Shown here: positions 1-9,761 of the stretch, piece after piece | Layout of the letters: every line of letters starts with the position of its first letter | Numbering within the stretch: the stretch's first letter is position 1 | Source: Deinococcales bacterium | GTDB lineage: Bacteria; Deinococcota; Deinococci; Deinococcales; JAAFIG01 | Direction of reading: 5' to 3' | Assembly (NCBI GenBank): GCA_043778225.1 | Contig: JAYWGM010000032.1 | Coordinates: 32,001-96,000, forward strand | Length of the DNA: 64,000 bases | The notes under the pieces: model-generated | Database searches by the model: none | Told to the model about the DNA's origin: nothing | What the model saw: only the letters and a program-made list of their open reading frames with translations | Made by a program: the position numbers and the translations under genes

Positions 1-2
1 TA

Positions 3-293
3 ACGGGGCGGGTGCTGCCAATTGGTGGACTCAAAGAAAAAGTCTTGGGCGCACGTCGGGCTGGAATTAAACACATTATTATGCCCAAAGCCAATACCGC
101 CGACCTCGATGATATTCCAACCCATTTACGGCGCAGCATGACCTTTCATCCGTGCGAGAATTTAGACCAAGTTCTCGAGGTGGCGCTTGAAGGTGGGTTG
201 GCGGCACTCGAGCAGAAAGCCATTACCGATGTGGTGAACACAAAGAATGTTAAGAAACCTCGGGGAAAACTCCAGCCTAGCGCCAGTGCGTAA
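3..293 (+). CDS. lon: Lon ATP-dependent protease, C-terminal fragment (5' part outside window)
   Basis: [31 protein letters not shown] is the Lon protease-domain signature containing the catalytic Lys; the frame is open to the window edge. Confidence 0.93.
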   Translation, partial: TGRVLPIGGLKEKVLGARRAGIKHIIMPKANTADLDDIPTHLRRSMTFHPCENLDQVLEVALEGGLAALEQKAITDVVNTKNVKKPRGKLQPSASA

Positions 294-302
294 AGTAAAA
301 TC

Positions 303-338
303 AAGCACCTCGAGATTAGATTCTCGAGGTGCTTTTTT
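303..338 (+). terminator. Intrinsic terminator between convergent lon and yihY-like genes
   Basis: AAGCACCTCGAGA-loop-TCTCGAGGTGCTT stem followed by a T run. Confidence 0.85.
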
Positions 339-356
339 GGCATGGTTTCCATACAG

Positions 357-1388
357 CTAACGCTTATCACCTTTCAGCCACGATTTCAGCAAAAAACCGC
401 CCAAACTACGGCTCGAGCGCCACGCGACCAACACTGCTAAAACAGTTATGATTCCTGCTGCCACCCGAACCACAGGCGTTGACTCGAGATTCTTAGTCAG
501 ATTCGTATCGGCTTGTTCGGCAGCCGAGGCTTGCAAACCCAAATGATTTTCTGGGGTTTTGACTTCTCGGCTCTGCGAATACACTTGGGTGAATTCAGCC
601 CCAAAAAGCACCAACTGCGCCGCATAATAAACCCACAATAACAACACCGCCAATGTTCCTGCCGTACCAAACACCGAAGCAAAAGCGCTCTGTCCTAAAT
701 ACAAACCAATTAAGCTCTTACCAATTGCAAACAGCACTGAAGTCAGCGCTCCACCAACCAAGGCATCGTGCCAACGCACTGGCGCATCTGGCAAAAAACG
801 GTAAATTAAAGCAAACAAAAACGCCACCAACGCAGCCGAGACAACCTCATAGAACACGCCCCACAACCAACCAGCCCCATCATCTAAACCAAGTTGCGCC
901 CCAAGACCACTTAGCACCGCACTGACCGACAACGAAACCAATAACAAGAAACTCATCACCAGCACTAAACCAAAGGAAACGGCTCGCGCCCGCAGCAACG
1001 CCCCAACATGAGCCGGTGGTACAGCATTCCAGACTTTATTGAGCGCTTGTTGCAACTGCCCAAATGCTCCACTTGCACCAAGCAACAACCCACCCGTACC
1101 CAAAATCACGCCAAGCACACCAGAGCCTTGATTCGCCGAAGCTCGCTCGAGCAAAGCACCAATCCATTCAGCCCCATCCTTACCAATTAACCCTGAAATT
1201 TCAGTCAGCAAACGCTCCCGAGCCGCATCAGCAGGAGCAAAAAACCCTGCTACTGCCAGAACCACCAGCAGCAACGGCGCTAACGCAAAAATAGTGTAAT
1301 ACGCCAAAGCTGCCGCTTGAGTCGGAATGTTATCAGCTTGCCATTTAGCAACTGTTTTACGCAGCAAATCAAAAGGAAATAAAGACAC
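357..1388 (-). CDS. YihY/virulence factor BrkB family membrane protein
   Basis: AAALAYYTIFALAPLL, LQQALNKVW and YYAAQLVLFGAEF motifs; multiple TM helices. Confidence 0.9.
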   Translation of the reverse strand: MSLFPFDLLRKTVAKWQADNIPTQAAALAYYTIFALAPLLLVVLAVAGFFAPADAARERLLTEISGLIGKDGAEWIGALLERASANQGSGVLGVILGTGGLLLGASGAFGQLQQALNKVWNAVPPAHVGALLRARAVSFGLVLVMSFLLLVSLSVSAVLSGLGAQLGLDDGAGWLWGVFYEVVSAALVAFLFALIYRFLPDAPVRWHDALVGGALTSVLFAIGKSLIGLYLGQSAFASVFGTAGTLAVLLLWVYYAAQLVLFGAEFTQVYSQSREVKTPENHLGLQASAAEQADTNLTKNLESTPVVRVAAGIITVLAVLVAWRSSRSLGGFLLKSWLKGDKR

Positions 1389-1501
1389 GGTAAACCTCGA
1401 GCCTCAGTCTAAGAAAATTTCTTTGAAGACAAGGACGCAAAAGGCTGAGGACAGGCTGAAAATAGTAGTAGCTCGAGTAGTTTCTCGAGCCACAACATCA
1501 G

Positions 1502-2719
1502 TTATTTGATAGCTGCAATTTTAGTTTTGCTGGGCAGCACAATTTCGACAGGTTTAGCCAAGTCGTCTATTCGTCCAGTAAATTTATATAACAGGGCTTG
1601 AGCAGGATTTTTTTCTGAACCAGCATCGGCTCGAGCCGTTTTCTCGAGCAGCGAATTTTTGCCAAACTCGAGTACCTTAAATGGTGCATTAAACTCAAGA
1701 ATTCCTTGGGCGTTGGTTCGGGCGAGTATAAGAGTTGTGGGTGGTTCGTCTGCACCTGCGGCTACGCGAAAACCACCGCCACTGGTGATGATTGCGTAAA
1801 CCGTGTTGGCTGGGTCTTTGGTACGGATGACATGGCGGTGTGGGTAAGTTGTTGCCCCTGATAGAGAGTGTTGTACTGTAAACCTGTTTCTCACGCCCGG
1901 TCTGCCATTGTTGGTTGTCCACCAACGTGCAAAAATATCGTTGTAGAGAATACCCATGTTTGGCATTTGACCATTTCGCTCGAGTAAAAAACTGAGGTTG
2001 CCAAGCTGCATTTTGGGTTTTTGCCAACCTGTAAATTGAATCGGTAATCCCGTAGTCAAGAATTGGTCTATTACATATTGAAATGCAATAAATTCAGCAT
2101 CTTGGGGGCGGGTTGCAATTTTTTCTTCGGCATTCAAACTAAAATTTGCTAGGGCTTGTAATCGTACTTGGTATGGTTTTTCTGTGTTTCTAAATGTGAT
2201 GTCTAAAGTCTTGACTTTGATGTCGGTGGTCATGTCTTGCCAACTGAGGATACCGGTTGGTAGTTGTCTTCTGTTGTACGTGGTTTCAAAAAGTTCAGGT
2301 AGCTGCATGGATTCGGTTACAGTTGCACCCGCTTTTTCAAACCAAGTTTTGAGGTCTTTAAGGCTGATGTATGGTTGTTGACAACTACAATTCTTGAGGC
2401 GTTTGTCTTGTGGTACTGCCCAACTAATTTGAGCGTGGCTGCTCGAGATTCCAGCGATGGTAAGTGTAGTTGCGGCAATAACAACAAAAATGGCTTTGGA
2501 AATGTTTGGCATCAGATGCTCCTTTATCAGTCCTGAATTGATGGTCTTGGCTGCGCCCATCTCGAGCAGCGCAGTCTCGAGGGCGTTGGTACTCCCCTGT
2601 ACCTCGAGTTGCCAAATTCGTGCTTCGATACTGCCGCGCAACTCTGCTTGTATCTCGAGTTTCTTAATGCCGTAAAGCCCACGTGTGGCTCGAGAAATGT
2701 ACTGCTCGAGACGCTTCAT
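1502..2719 (-). CDS. Permease-prefix-domain membrane-anchored protein (PadR partner)
   Basis: N-terminal EQYISRATRGL..EIQAELRGSIEARI..ALLEMG permease-prefix pattern, then a hydrophobic helix and a soluble domain; ATGA overlap with padR. Confidence 0.7.
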   Translation of the reverse strand: MKRLEQYISRATRGLYGIKKLEIQAELRGSIEARIWQLEVQGSTNALETALLEMGAAKTINSGLIKEHLMPNISKAIFVVIAATTLTIAGISSSHAQISWAVPQDKRLKNCSCQQPYISLKDLKTWFEKAGATVTESMQLPELFETTYNRRQLPTGILSWQDMTTDIKVKTLDITFRNTEKPYQVRLQALANFSLNAEEKIATRPQDAEFIAFQYVIDQFLTTGLPIQFTGWQKPKMQLGNLSFLLERNGQMPNMGILYNDIFARWWTTNNGRPGVRNRFTVQHSLSGATTYPHRHVIRTKDPANTVYAIITSGGGFRVAAGADEPPTTLILARTNAQGILEFNAPFKVLEFGKNSLLEKTARADAGSEKNPAQALLYKFTGRIDDLAKPVEIVLPSKTKIAAIK

Positions 2720-3042
2720 GATTTCCCCAACAGGGCGTTCATTGCTCCGCCAAAGGCTTGATGCTCGAGGCGTTTTGACGACAGTTCTTTCTTGCCGCTT
2801 TCGGTCAGTTCGTAGAATTTTACGGGACTACCACCGCGTGGTAGGTACTGGAATGAGCCGCTTATAAAGCCGCTTTTCTCGAGTCGGTGTAGGGCTGGAT
2901 AAAGTGTGCCTTCCTTAAAGTCGAAGTAGCCGCCTGTGCGTTCGCTGGCTTCGCGGGTGATTTCGCCGCCGTAAATCGGTTCTGGTTCGATGATAGCAAG
3001 CAGAATCAGGTCGAGGTTGCCTTTTAAGAGGTTTGGGTTCAT
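2716..3042 (-). CDS. PadR family transcriptional regulator
   Basis: LLKGNLDLILL..YGGEI..EGTLYPALHRLE..YELTESG; RBS GAGG upstream. Confidence 0.93.
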   Translation of the reverse strand: MNPNLLKGNLDLILLAIIEPEPIYGGEITREASERTGGYFDFKEGTLYPALHRLEKSGFISGSFQYLPRGGSPVKFYELTESGKKELSSKRLEHQAFGGAMNALLGKS

Positions 3043-3103
3043 GGGTTGTACCTCGTTCTCGAGTTGGCTGCATTTCCGGTTTTGCGCTGCCTCGAGTTTC
3101 CGT

Positions 3104-3147
3104 CCTAGGATAGCAACATCGTAATCCTAGGTCTCTCATTTTGTCAA
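3104..3147 (-). promoter_or_regulatory. padR promoter with flanking inverted repeat (candidate PadR operator)
   Basis: Minus strand TTGACA-18nt-TACGAT; CCTAGGAT (3104) and ATCCTAGG (3124) bracket the -10 box. Confidence 0.6.
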
Positions 3148-3185
3148 GGTGGGGACAGGTGCGCGACCTACCGAAGTAATCAATA

Positions 3186-3284
3186 TACTGTCCAGTACGA
3201 CTCGAGTGAATAAACTTGACGAATATAGAATACCGTGATACGTTATATCTTATAAGCGCCCAGAAGTGGCGCATTTTTTATTGC
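3186..3284 (+). repeat. Dispersed ~100 bp repeat, copy 1 (promoter plus hairpin/T-run)
   Basis: Shares CGACTCGAGTGAATAAACTTGACGAATA-AGAATACCGTGATAC and GCGCC..GGCGC-TTTTTTATTGC with 5779-5875. Confidence 0.9.
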
Positions 3285-3880
3285 CTAATTTTATGCTTCT
3301 CCAAAAGCACAGAAAATTCCAAAGGCGTAAAAGTCTCGCCTAACCAACCAAGGTTCTTTGCGCTTTGCACATTTGAATTTGAATCATCAAAAAACAGTAT
3401 TTCTGAAGGCTCGAGACCCAAAGCCAACTGTACCTTCTGGTAAAACGCTGCTTCGGGCTTACGTGTTCCCAATTCACTCGAGATAAAAATAGCATCAAAC
3501 AAGTTCTGAAATCCCATTTCGTGCTTCATGTACTCAGCGCGGTTTCGTTCCTGATTGGTTGCCAAATAACAGGGTGTACCAGATGCTCGGAATACCTGAA
3601 TTTGCTCGAGCAGGACAGCATCCACGTGGTGTTCGTGTTCCATCCAAGCCCGAATAAAATCCGAGGCACTAACCCGCACTTGCCACTGCTTGAGCAAACG
3701 TGGCAAAATATCCAGCAATTCGAGTTCGCCTTTGATGCAGCGCTGAAAATCATTATGGATAAACTCGAGAAAGGTTTTTTGTGGGATACCATAAATGCTT
3801 TCGGCTGGTACAAAAAACCATGTTTTTGGGCGAACAATCACCCCGTCAGCATCAAAAACAATGGCTTTAATCATGGGCAT
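3278..3880 (-). CDS. HAD-superfamily hydrolase (subfamily IA)
   Basis: FDADGV motif I, ATN motif II, RKP..FFDD motifs III/IV. Confidence 0.9.
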   Translation of the reverse strand: MPMIKAIVFDADGVIVRPKTWFFVPAESIYGIPQKTFLEFIHNDFQRCIKGELELLDILPRLLKQWQVRVSASDFIRAWMEHEHHVDAVLLEQIQVFRASGTPCYLATNQERNRAEYMKHEMGFQNLFDAIFISSELGTRKPEAAFYQKVQLALGLEPSEILFFDDSNSNVQSAKNLGWLGETFTPLEFSVLLEKHKIRQ

Positions 3881-3943
3881 AAAATATCATGTTTGCTCGA
3901 ATTACAAAGCCGTTTAAGCTCATAAATGCTCGAGTCTTGCCGT

Positions 3944-5011
3944 TTAGGTTATTTCGGGTTTGGGCATGGCAACCAATAAACTCAGTCCTAAACCTGATAA
4001 GGCAGTCATGGTCAGGATACCTGTCCAGAGTTCAGGGCTAATGCCTAAGCCACCCGTCATTTGAACAGCTAAAAAATGTGTTCCCCAAATGGCAAGCGGC
4101 GCGAGTCCAGCAAAAATTCTTAATTCAAGTAATCGTGTTTGGCTGGGTTTAAGGGTTTGAATCAGTGTATCTATGATCATTCCAGCCAGTGCTGCCATAT
4201 AGACTCGAGGCATCAGGTTGTTGTCCACAATAATCACCAATACAAAAGTGCTGAGTCCTAGAACAAGGCTGTACGTGCCAAATGGGGTGCGCCAGCGTTG
4301 CAGAATAAACAAAATGGTAAACATGATGGCAGCGTTGGTAAACAAAATACCTGCGTCTGTAAAACTATTGAGGGCGTAAAGTATGGCTGGGTTTTGACTT
4401 GGCACAAGGTTTTTTAAGTTTTCTATCGAGTCTGGTACGCTAATCAAGCCCCAAATGTGGAGGTTCATCAGGCTGGCGAAACAAAAACCTGCAAAAATAA
4501 CGAATAGATTGGGTAAAAACTCGAGAAAACTGGGTGTGCTTTTGGAACTTGGGTCGTGCCATGCAGCCCGTAACGGTGCGGTAATCAGTAAAATTGCACC
4601 AACAAAAAGCATGATGTGGCTGGGGCTGCGTAAGGCATCTATGCCGACTTCTATGCCAAAAGTGCTGTGCCAAATCAGGTCTGCGATACCACCAATGCCA
4701 AAGATAAAAGCACCGATTAAACCAAGTTCATAACCAATTGGAATGGCGTTGAGACCCTGCCAACCTTGGCGCAAACGACGATAAACCATCCAGATTATCC
4801 AGAGCGCAGTTGCCAGAAATCCAGAGTAGAGAATCGCGTGCCAAGGGGTAAAGAAATCCTCTAAAGATTCGACTAGATTACCATGGGCATAACCATCTAT
4901 GAGAAAGCCAAAAATCAGCCACAGTCCGAAGAAAACTGTGATTAGATTTTCTTGCCATGTGGCTCGAGCCTGTGAGCTTTCTGGAGTTTGTTGAAAGGTA
5001 TTGAATGCCAT
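3944..5011 (-). CDS. Multi-pass membrane protein of unknown function
   Basis: About 10 hydrophobic segments with DGYAH..FFTPWH and DLIWH..SPSH His motifs; RBS GAGG before the MAFNT start. Confidence 0.75.
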   Translation of the reverse strand: MAFNTFQQTPESSQARATWQENLITVFFGLWLIFGFLIDGYAHGNLVESLEDFFTPWHAILYSGFLATALWIIWMVYRRLRQGWQGLNAIPIGYELGLIGAFIFGIGGIADLIWHSTFGIEVGIDALRSPSHIMLFVGAILLITAPLRAAWHDPSSKSTPSFLEFLPNLFVIFAGFCFASLMNLHIWGLISVPDSIENLKNLVPSQNPAILYALNSFTDAGILFTNAAIMFTILFILQRWRTPFGTYSLVLGLSTFVLVIIVDNNLMPRVYMAALAGMIIDTLIQTLKPSQTRLLELRIFAGLAPLAIWGTHFLAVQMTGGLGISPELWTGILTMTALSGLGLSLLVAMPKPEIT

Positions 5012-5033
5012 GTTGTTGACCTCTTTTCGATTA

Positions 5034-5064
5034 TTCAAACACTTGCTTAAAACATTAGTTTGAA
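5034..5064. promoter_or_regulatory. Candidate TetR operator in divergent intergenic region
   Basis: TTCAAAC...GTTTGAA inverted repeat. Confidence 0.5.
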
Positions 5065-5123
5065 ATAACAATTTTGTCAAGCCCTTACAAGTTCTTAAAC
5101 TCGAGGGCTACAATAAACAAAAC

Positions 5124-5711
5124 ATGGAAAACCCTAGCGACAGCACCGCCCAAGCCATCATCAAGGCAGCTTTAGAATGCCTCGAGAAGTACGGACTAGA
5201 TGGTATGACAATACGAAAAATTGCCACCCAAGCTAAGGTCAATGTCGCAGCCATCAACTATCATTTTGGAACTAGAGAAAAACTGCTCGAACAAGTTTTT
5301 GACCTTGCCACTGCCAATGCCTTTAGCGACCTAGACGAATTTATCAATCAGCTTTCTAGTCAACCATTGGAGCAGCAATTACAAGAATTTTTACTTCATT
5401 ATGCGACTGGACTGGCTGAATACCCCAATGTTTCCAAAGTCTTAATTCATGACCTGATGTTCTCAAAACAGGGGAAAACCATTGTCGCACAACGTTTAGA
5501 GACGTTTTTGCAAAACCTTAATGTGCGATTTGCCCAATTACAACAAGCCAAAGTCACAGATTTTGAAATTCGTTTCAAAACCATGCAAGTGATGTCAGTT
5601 TTTATTTGCCTAGGAATGATACCTAATGTGTTTAACCAAGCCTTACAAATCAGCATCCAAACCACCAACGAACGCAAACAACTGATCAAAGAAATACTCA
5701 AACCTCACTAA
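5124..5711 (+). CDS. TetR/AcrR family regulator
   Basis: TIRKIATQAKVNVAAINYHFGTREKL HTH. Confidence 0.93.
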   Translation: MENPSDSTAQAIIKAALECLEKYGLDGMTIRKIATQAKVNVAAINYHFGTREKLLEQVFDLATANAFSDLDEFINQLSSQPLEQQLQEFLLHYATGLAEYPNVSKVLIHDLMFSKQGKTIVAQRLETFLQNLNVRFAQLQQAKVTDFEIRFKTMQVMSVFICLGMIPNVFNQALQISIQTTNERKQLIKEILKPH

Positions 5712-5778
5712 TTTTCTACACAAGCCGTGACATCCACCAAGCTCGAGCTTTCTCTTGGACTTTGTGGAATTGTTTATA

Positions 5779-5875
5779 CACTGTCAAACACGACTCGAGT
5801 GAATAAACTTGACGAATAGAGAATACCGTGATACACTTTCTTTTATCAGCGCCTACGTGGCGCGTTTTTTATTGC
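5779..5875 (+). repeat. Dispersed ~100 bp repeat, copy 2 (promoter plus hairpin/T-run)
   Basis: TTGACG(5809)-17nt-TACACT(5832) with TG extension, then GCGCC-TACGT-GGCGC-GTTTTTT. Confidence 0.9.
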
Positions 5876-5910
5876 TAAATCAATCAGTCTTGGGAGATAA
5901 TTGTGCAACT

Positions 5911-6039
5911 ATGAGATACGCTCTTGAAACTGTCATGGCTAAAGCTGAAGCACGAGGCGAATGTCAAGCCAAACTCAAAGCCTTGGATATGACCATAAAT
6001 CAGATAATCAAACCGATACATCAACAGCTAGGCAAATAA
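5911..6039 (+). pseudogene. Short ORF resembling the C-terminal tail of Rpn/PD-(D/E)XK nuclease-family proteins
   Basis: YALETVMAKAEARGE..LKALDMTINQI resembles Rpn C-termini; no nuclease domain upstream. Confidence 0.3.
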
Positions 6040-6042
6040 ATT

Positions 6043-7959
6043 ATGCAAGAAGGTCAATTACTCTGGTTGCCAAGTACCGAAACTCGAGCCTCAAGCCAAT
6101 TGACGGCTTTTGCGGCGTTTCTAAAAGCCACTCGGGGCTTAGAATTTTCTGAATACGACCTGCTGCACACTTGGAGTGTGGAACGATTAGAAGATTTCTG
6201 GGAATCTATCTGGCAGTTTTTTGGGGTTGATGGCAGTTCGTATCAGTACGTTCTCGAGGCGCGTGTCATGCCAAATGCCAAATGGTTTACTGGCTCGAGC
6301 CTGAATTATGCAGCACACTGTTTACGGTCTGAATCCGAGAATCCAGCCATTATTGCTGCCAACGAATCGGGCGACCACAGCGAACTTTCTTGGACTGACT
6401 TAAAGATTCAAGTCTCGAGTCTGGCAGCTTATTTACGGCATATTGGTGTAACAAAAGGTGACAGGGTTGTTGCTTATCTTGGTAACACCTCCGAGGCGAT
6501 TGTTGCTTTTTTGGCGACCGCCAGCCTTGGTGCGATTTGGAGCAGCACCAGTATGGAAATGGGCTTGGGCAGCATTGTGGACAGATTTTCGCAGATTGAA
6601 CCCAAAGTTTTATTGGCTGATACAAGCTACACCTACAATGGCAAGTTTTTTGACCGTTCAGGTCTGGTGGCAGACCTCGAGAATGCCCTTCCAAGCCTCG
6701 AAAAAACCATTCGGCTGGGTGCAGAATTTGATTCGCTGCTCAAAAACCCCGCAGCCCTTGAGTTTGAAGCTGTTGCCTTTGACCATCCGCTTTATATTTT
6801 GTACTCGAGTGGCACGACAGGACTGCCCAAGCCGATTGTGCATGGTCATGGTGGCATTCTGCTCGAGCATTACAAGCAATTGGGACTGCAAACCGATTTA
6901 TCCGCCAAAGACCGTTTTTTTTGGTTCACCACCACAGGTTGGATGATGTGGAACTACCTTGTTTCGGGTTTGCTGCTTGGCTCGAGTATTGTCTTGTGGG
7001 ATGGTTCTCCAACGCATCCTAGTCCAGATGCGCTGTGGGAACTGTGCGAACGAGCAAAGGTCTCGGTTTTTGGATGTGGGGCGGCGTTTATTCATGGCAA
7101 TATCAAACTTGGTCTCGAGCCAGCTAAGAAATTTGACCTCTCGAGATTACGTGCCATTGGCAGTACAGGTTCGCCGCTTTCAATGGATGGTTTTAAGTTT
7201 ATTTACGAAAAAGTCAAACCCGATATTCAACTGATGAGTGTGTCTGGTGGTACAGACATTTGCAGTGCTTTTTTAGGTGGTAGCCCGTGGTCTCCAGTTT
7301 GGGCTGGGGAACTTTCCTGCCGTAGCCTAGGTGCGAGCTTAGAGAGTTTTGACGAACAAGGCAGGGCAGTTATCGAGCAAGTCGGCGAATTGGTGCTGAC
7401 CAAACCGATGCCAAGTATGCCCGTCAAATTCTGGAACGATACCGACAATAAGCGCTATCTCGAGAGCTATTTTGCCGATTTCCCAGATGTTTGGCGACAC
7501 GGCGACTGGATAAAAATAACCCACAAAGGCAGCACAATTATTTATGGGCGTTCCGATGCCACCTTGAACAAAGGCGGGGTACGAATGGGGACAGCCGAAG
7601 TCTACAGCGTGGTCGAGGGTATCCCCGAGATTCTGGACAGCCTGATTATTGACCTCGAGCAACTCGGTAAACCTTCTTTTATGCCGCTTTTTATTGTGCT
7701 GCGCCAAGACGTAAGCCTCACGCCAGACCTCGAGCAACGCATTAAAAGCGCGATTCGCAGCGAATTATCGCCGCGTTTAATTCCAGATGCGATTGTGGTC
7801 GTACAAGAAATTCCGCGCACCCTCAATGGTAAGAAACTCGAGTTGCCGATTCGTAAAATTCTGCTTGGGGTGGATGCTAATACAGTATTAAATGTAGATG
7901 CCTTAGCCAACCCAAGTTCGCTCGAGTTTTTTATTGATTTTGCCAAAACCATGACATAA
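6043..7959 (+). CDS. Acetoacetate--CoA ligase
   Basis: YSSGTTGLPKPIVHGHGG, FTTTGWMMWN, SGGTD and GRSDATLN are characteristic of the acetoacetyl-CoA synthetase subfamily. Confidence 0.93.
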   Translation: MQEGQLLWLPSTETRASSQLTAFAAFLKATRGLEFSEYDLLHTWSVERLEDFWESIWQFFGVDGSSYQYVLEARVMPNAKWFTGSSLNYAAHCLRSESENPAIIAANESGDHSELSWTDLKIQVSSLAAYLRHIGVTKGDRVVAYLGNTSEAIVAFLATASLGAIWSSTSMEMGLGSIVDRFSQIEPKVLLADTSYTYNGKFFDRSGLVADLENALPSLEKTIRLGAEFDSLLKNPAALEFEAVAFDHPLYILYSSGTTGLPKPIVHGHGGILLEHYKQLGLQTDLSAKDRFFWFTTTGWMMWNYLVSGLLLGSSIVLWDGSPTHPSPDALWELCERAKVSVFGCGAAFIHGNIKLGLEPAKKFDLSRLRAIGSTGSPLSMDGFKFIYEKVKPDIQLMSVSGGTDICSAFLGGSPWSPVWAGELSCRSLGASLESFDEQGRAVIEQVGELVLTKPMPSMPVKFWNDTDNKRYLESYFADFPDVWRHGDWIKITHKGSTIIYGRSDATLNKGGVRMGTAEVYSVVEGIPEILDSLIIDLEQLGKPSFMPLFIVLRQDVSLTPDLEQRIKSAIRSELSPRLIPDAIVVVQEIPRTLNGKKLELPIRKILLGVDANTVLNVDALANPSSLEFFIDFAKTMT

Positions 7960-7967
7960 TTATAAGC

Positions 7968-9050
7968 ATGAGACTCGAGGTACATACTGATATTACCCAA
8001 GCTGATACACTGCCCAGTTCGTTTTACAAAGACCCAAGTATTTTTGAGCAAACCAAAGAAAAAGTCTTTGCCCAATCTTGGCAGTTTGTTGGCGATACCG
8101 ACGACCTCAAAGCACCGGGTAGTGTCAAACCAATCACGGTTTTGGAAGGTTGCTTGGACGAGCCGATTTTACTCACCCGAGACTTTAACGACCAACTGCA
8201 CGGGCTTTCCAATGTTTGTACCCACCGTGGAATGCTGGTCTCCGAAGCTGGCGGCATCGAACGTTTTTTGCGTTGTCGTTATCATGGACGGCGTTTTGGT
8301 TTGGATGGTTGCTTTCAGAGTATGCCCGAATTTGAAGCCGTTAAAAATTTCCCGAGTACAGCCGACAATTTGCCTAAAATCGCACTCGAGACTTGGGATA
8401 AGTTGGCTTTTATTAACCTGAACCCCAGCGTGTCGCTCGAGACGATGCTTGCACCGATTAAAGCCCGAATGGGTTGGTTGCCTTTGCGTGAATTTTACTT
8501 TGACCAGACCCGAGCGCGTGATTACTTGGTGCGGGCAAATTGGGCGCTGTACTGCGACAATTACCTTGAAGGATTTCATATTCCCTATATTCATGCCAGC
8601 CTGAATGCCACCATCGATTATGGCAGCTACGTCACCGAGCAGTACGATTGGTGTAACCTCCAACTTGGGGTGTCTTCGAGTGGCGAAAGTGTTTTTGACC
8701 TGCCGCGCAGCAGCCCCGATTATGGGCAGAAAATTGCTGCTTATTATTATTGGGTTTACCCAAACATGATGCTGAATTTCTACCCATGGGGACTCAGTAT
8801 TAACGTCGTCCGCCCACTCGGTCATGACCGTTGTAAGGTCAGTTTTATACCGTATGTTTGGGATGCCAGCAAGCTCGAGTCTGGGGCTGGAGCGGGTTTA
8901 GACCGAGTTGAACGCGAGGACGAAGTGGTGGTCGAAGCCGTGCAGCGTGGGGTGTGCTCGAGGTTCTATAACACTGGGCGCTTTAGTCCAGCCCGAGAAG
9001 CCTGTGTGCATCATTTTCATCGCTTATTGAGTACGGCACTGAATACCTAA
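7968..9050 (+). CDS. Rieske non-heme iron oxygenase alpha subunit (choline monooxygenase-like)
   Basis: CTHRG..CRYHG Rieske ligands; DNYLEGFHIPYIH mononuclear iron motif. Confidence 0.9.
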   Translation: MRLEVHTDITQADTLPSSFYKDPSIFEQTKEKVFAQSWQFVGDTDDLKAPGSVKPITVLEGCLDEPILLTRDFNDQLHGLSNVCTHRGMLVSEAGGIERFLRCRYHGRRFGLDGCFQSMPEFEAVKNFPSTADNLPKIALETWDKLAFINLNPSVSLETMLAPIKARMGWLPLREFYFDQTRARDYLVRANWALYCDNYLEGFHIPYIHASLNATIDYGSYVTEQYDWCNLQLGVSSSGESVFDLPRSSPDYGQKIAAYYYWVYPNMMLNFYPWGLSINVVRPLGHDRCKVSFIPYVWDASKLESGAGAGLDRVEREDEVVVEAVQRGVCSRFYNTGRFSPAREACVHHFHRLLSTALNT

Positions 9051-9071
9051 ACTCGAGGTATACTGTTAGCC

Positions 9072-9761
9072 ATGAAAAAATTGTTTGCGATGGCGCTTTT
9101 TGCCCTGCTTGGAGTCTCGAGTTTTGCCCAAGAAAGACCTTTTGCGCCCAGTTGTGCCGAAACACTGCAATCTAACCCGACCGACTTTATGGAGCAGTAC
9201 ATCAGCAAAAACAACGACGGCAGCGAAGCCGGTCAAGACCAAGCCGCCTTGTATTGGGCAGACTGCATGGCAAAACGCAACCAAGCCAAACTTGCCAATT
9301 TTCCACAACTAAAAGCCAAAATAACAAATCTATATCGCTCGCAGAACGAATTTTTTAGTCTTGAGACCGAATTGGCTTACTTGGCAGGGGGTGGCGGCAC
9401 GATGTACCCACACGGCAGAGCCAGATTCCAACCGAGCATCGAAGAACATTTTGTTCAATTGATTGATTTATTAAGCACCAAAGCTGGCGCAGCCAAAAAT
9501 GCCAGCCTTACATTGCGCTACAATAAAGCCAAAAATACACTCGAGACACGGCTTCAAAAAGTACAAAGTAAACCCAATCCCTATATTGATGGGTATACCG
9601 TTGCCGAAGCAAATCAAAAGAAAAAAGAGTGGTTGAATTATGCCAAAACTTATGCCACCCAGTACAGCAATATCCGCAAGAACCTTGGCTCGAGTGCCGA
9701 CCTTGCCAGTACCACCATCCTCGAGTTTCTGGCTCGTGGAATTTGGGCAGAAGAACTATGA
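9072..9761 (+). CDS. Secreted hypothetical protein
   Basis: Sec signal peptide MKKLFAMALFALLGVSSFA; leaderless-type -10 upstream. Confidence 0.75.
   Translation: MKKLFAMALFALLGVSSFAQERPFAPSCAETLQSNPTDFMEQYISKNNDGSEAGQDQAALYWADCMAKRNQAKLANFPQLKAKITNLYRSQNEFFSLETELAYLAGGGGTMYPHGRARFQPSIEEHFVQLIDLLSTKAGAAKNASLTLRYNKAKNTLETRLQKVQSKPNPYIDGYTVAEANQKKKEWLNYAKTYATQYSNIRKNLGSSADLASTTILEFLARGIWAEEL

Noticed and set aside
3216..3443. Paralogous small ORFs MTNIEYRDTL / MTNREYRDTL (also 5809)
   Set aside because: The TTG starts are the -35 boxes of the duplicated promoter, and the similarity ends with the DNA repeat.
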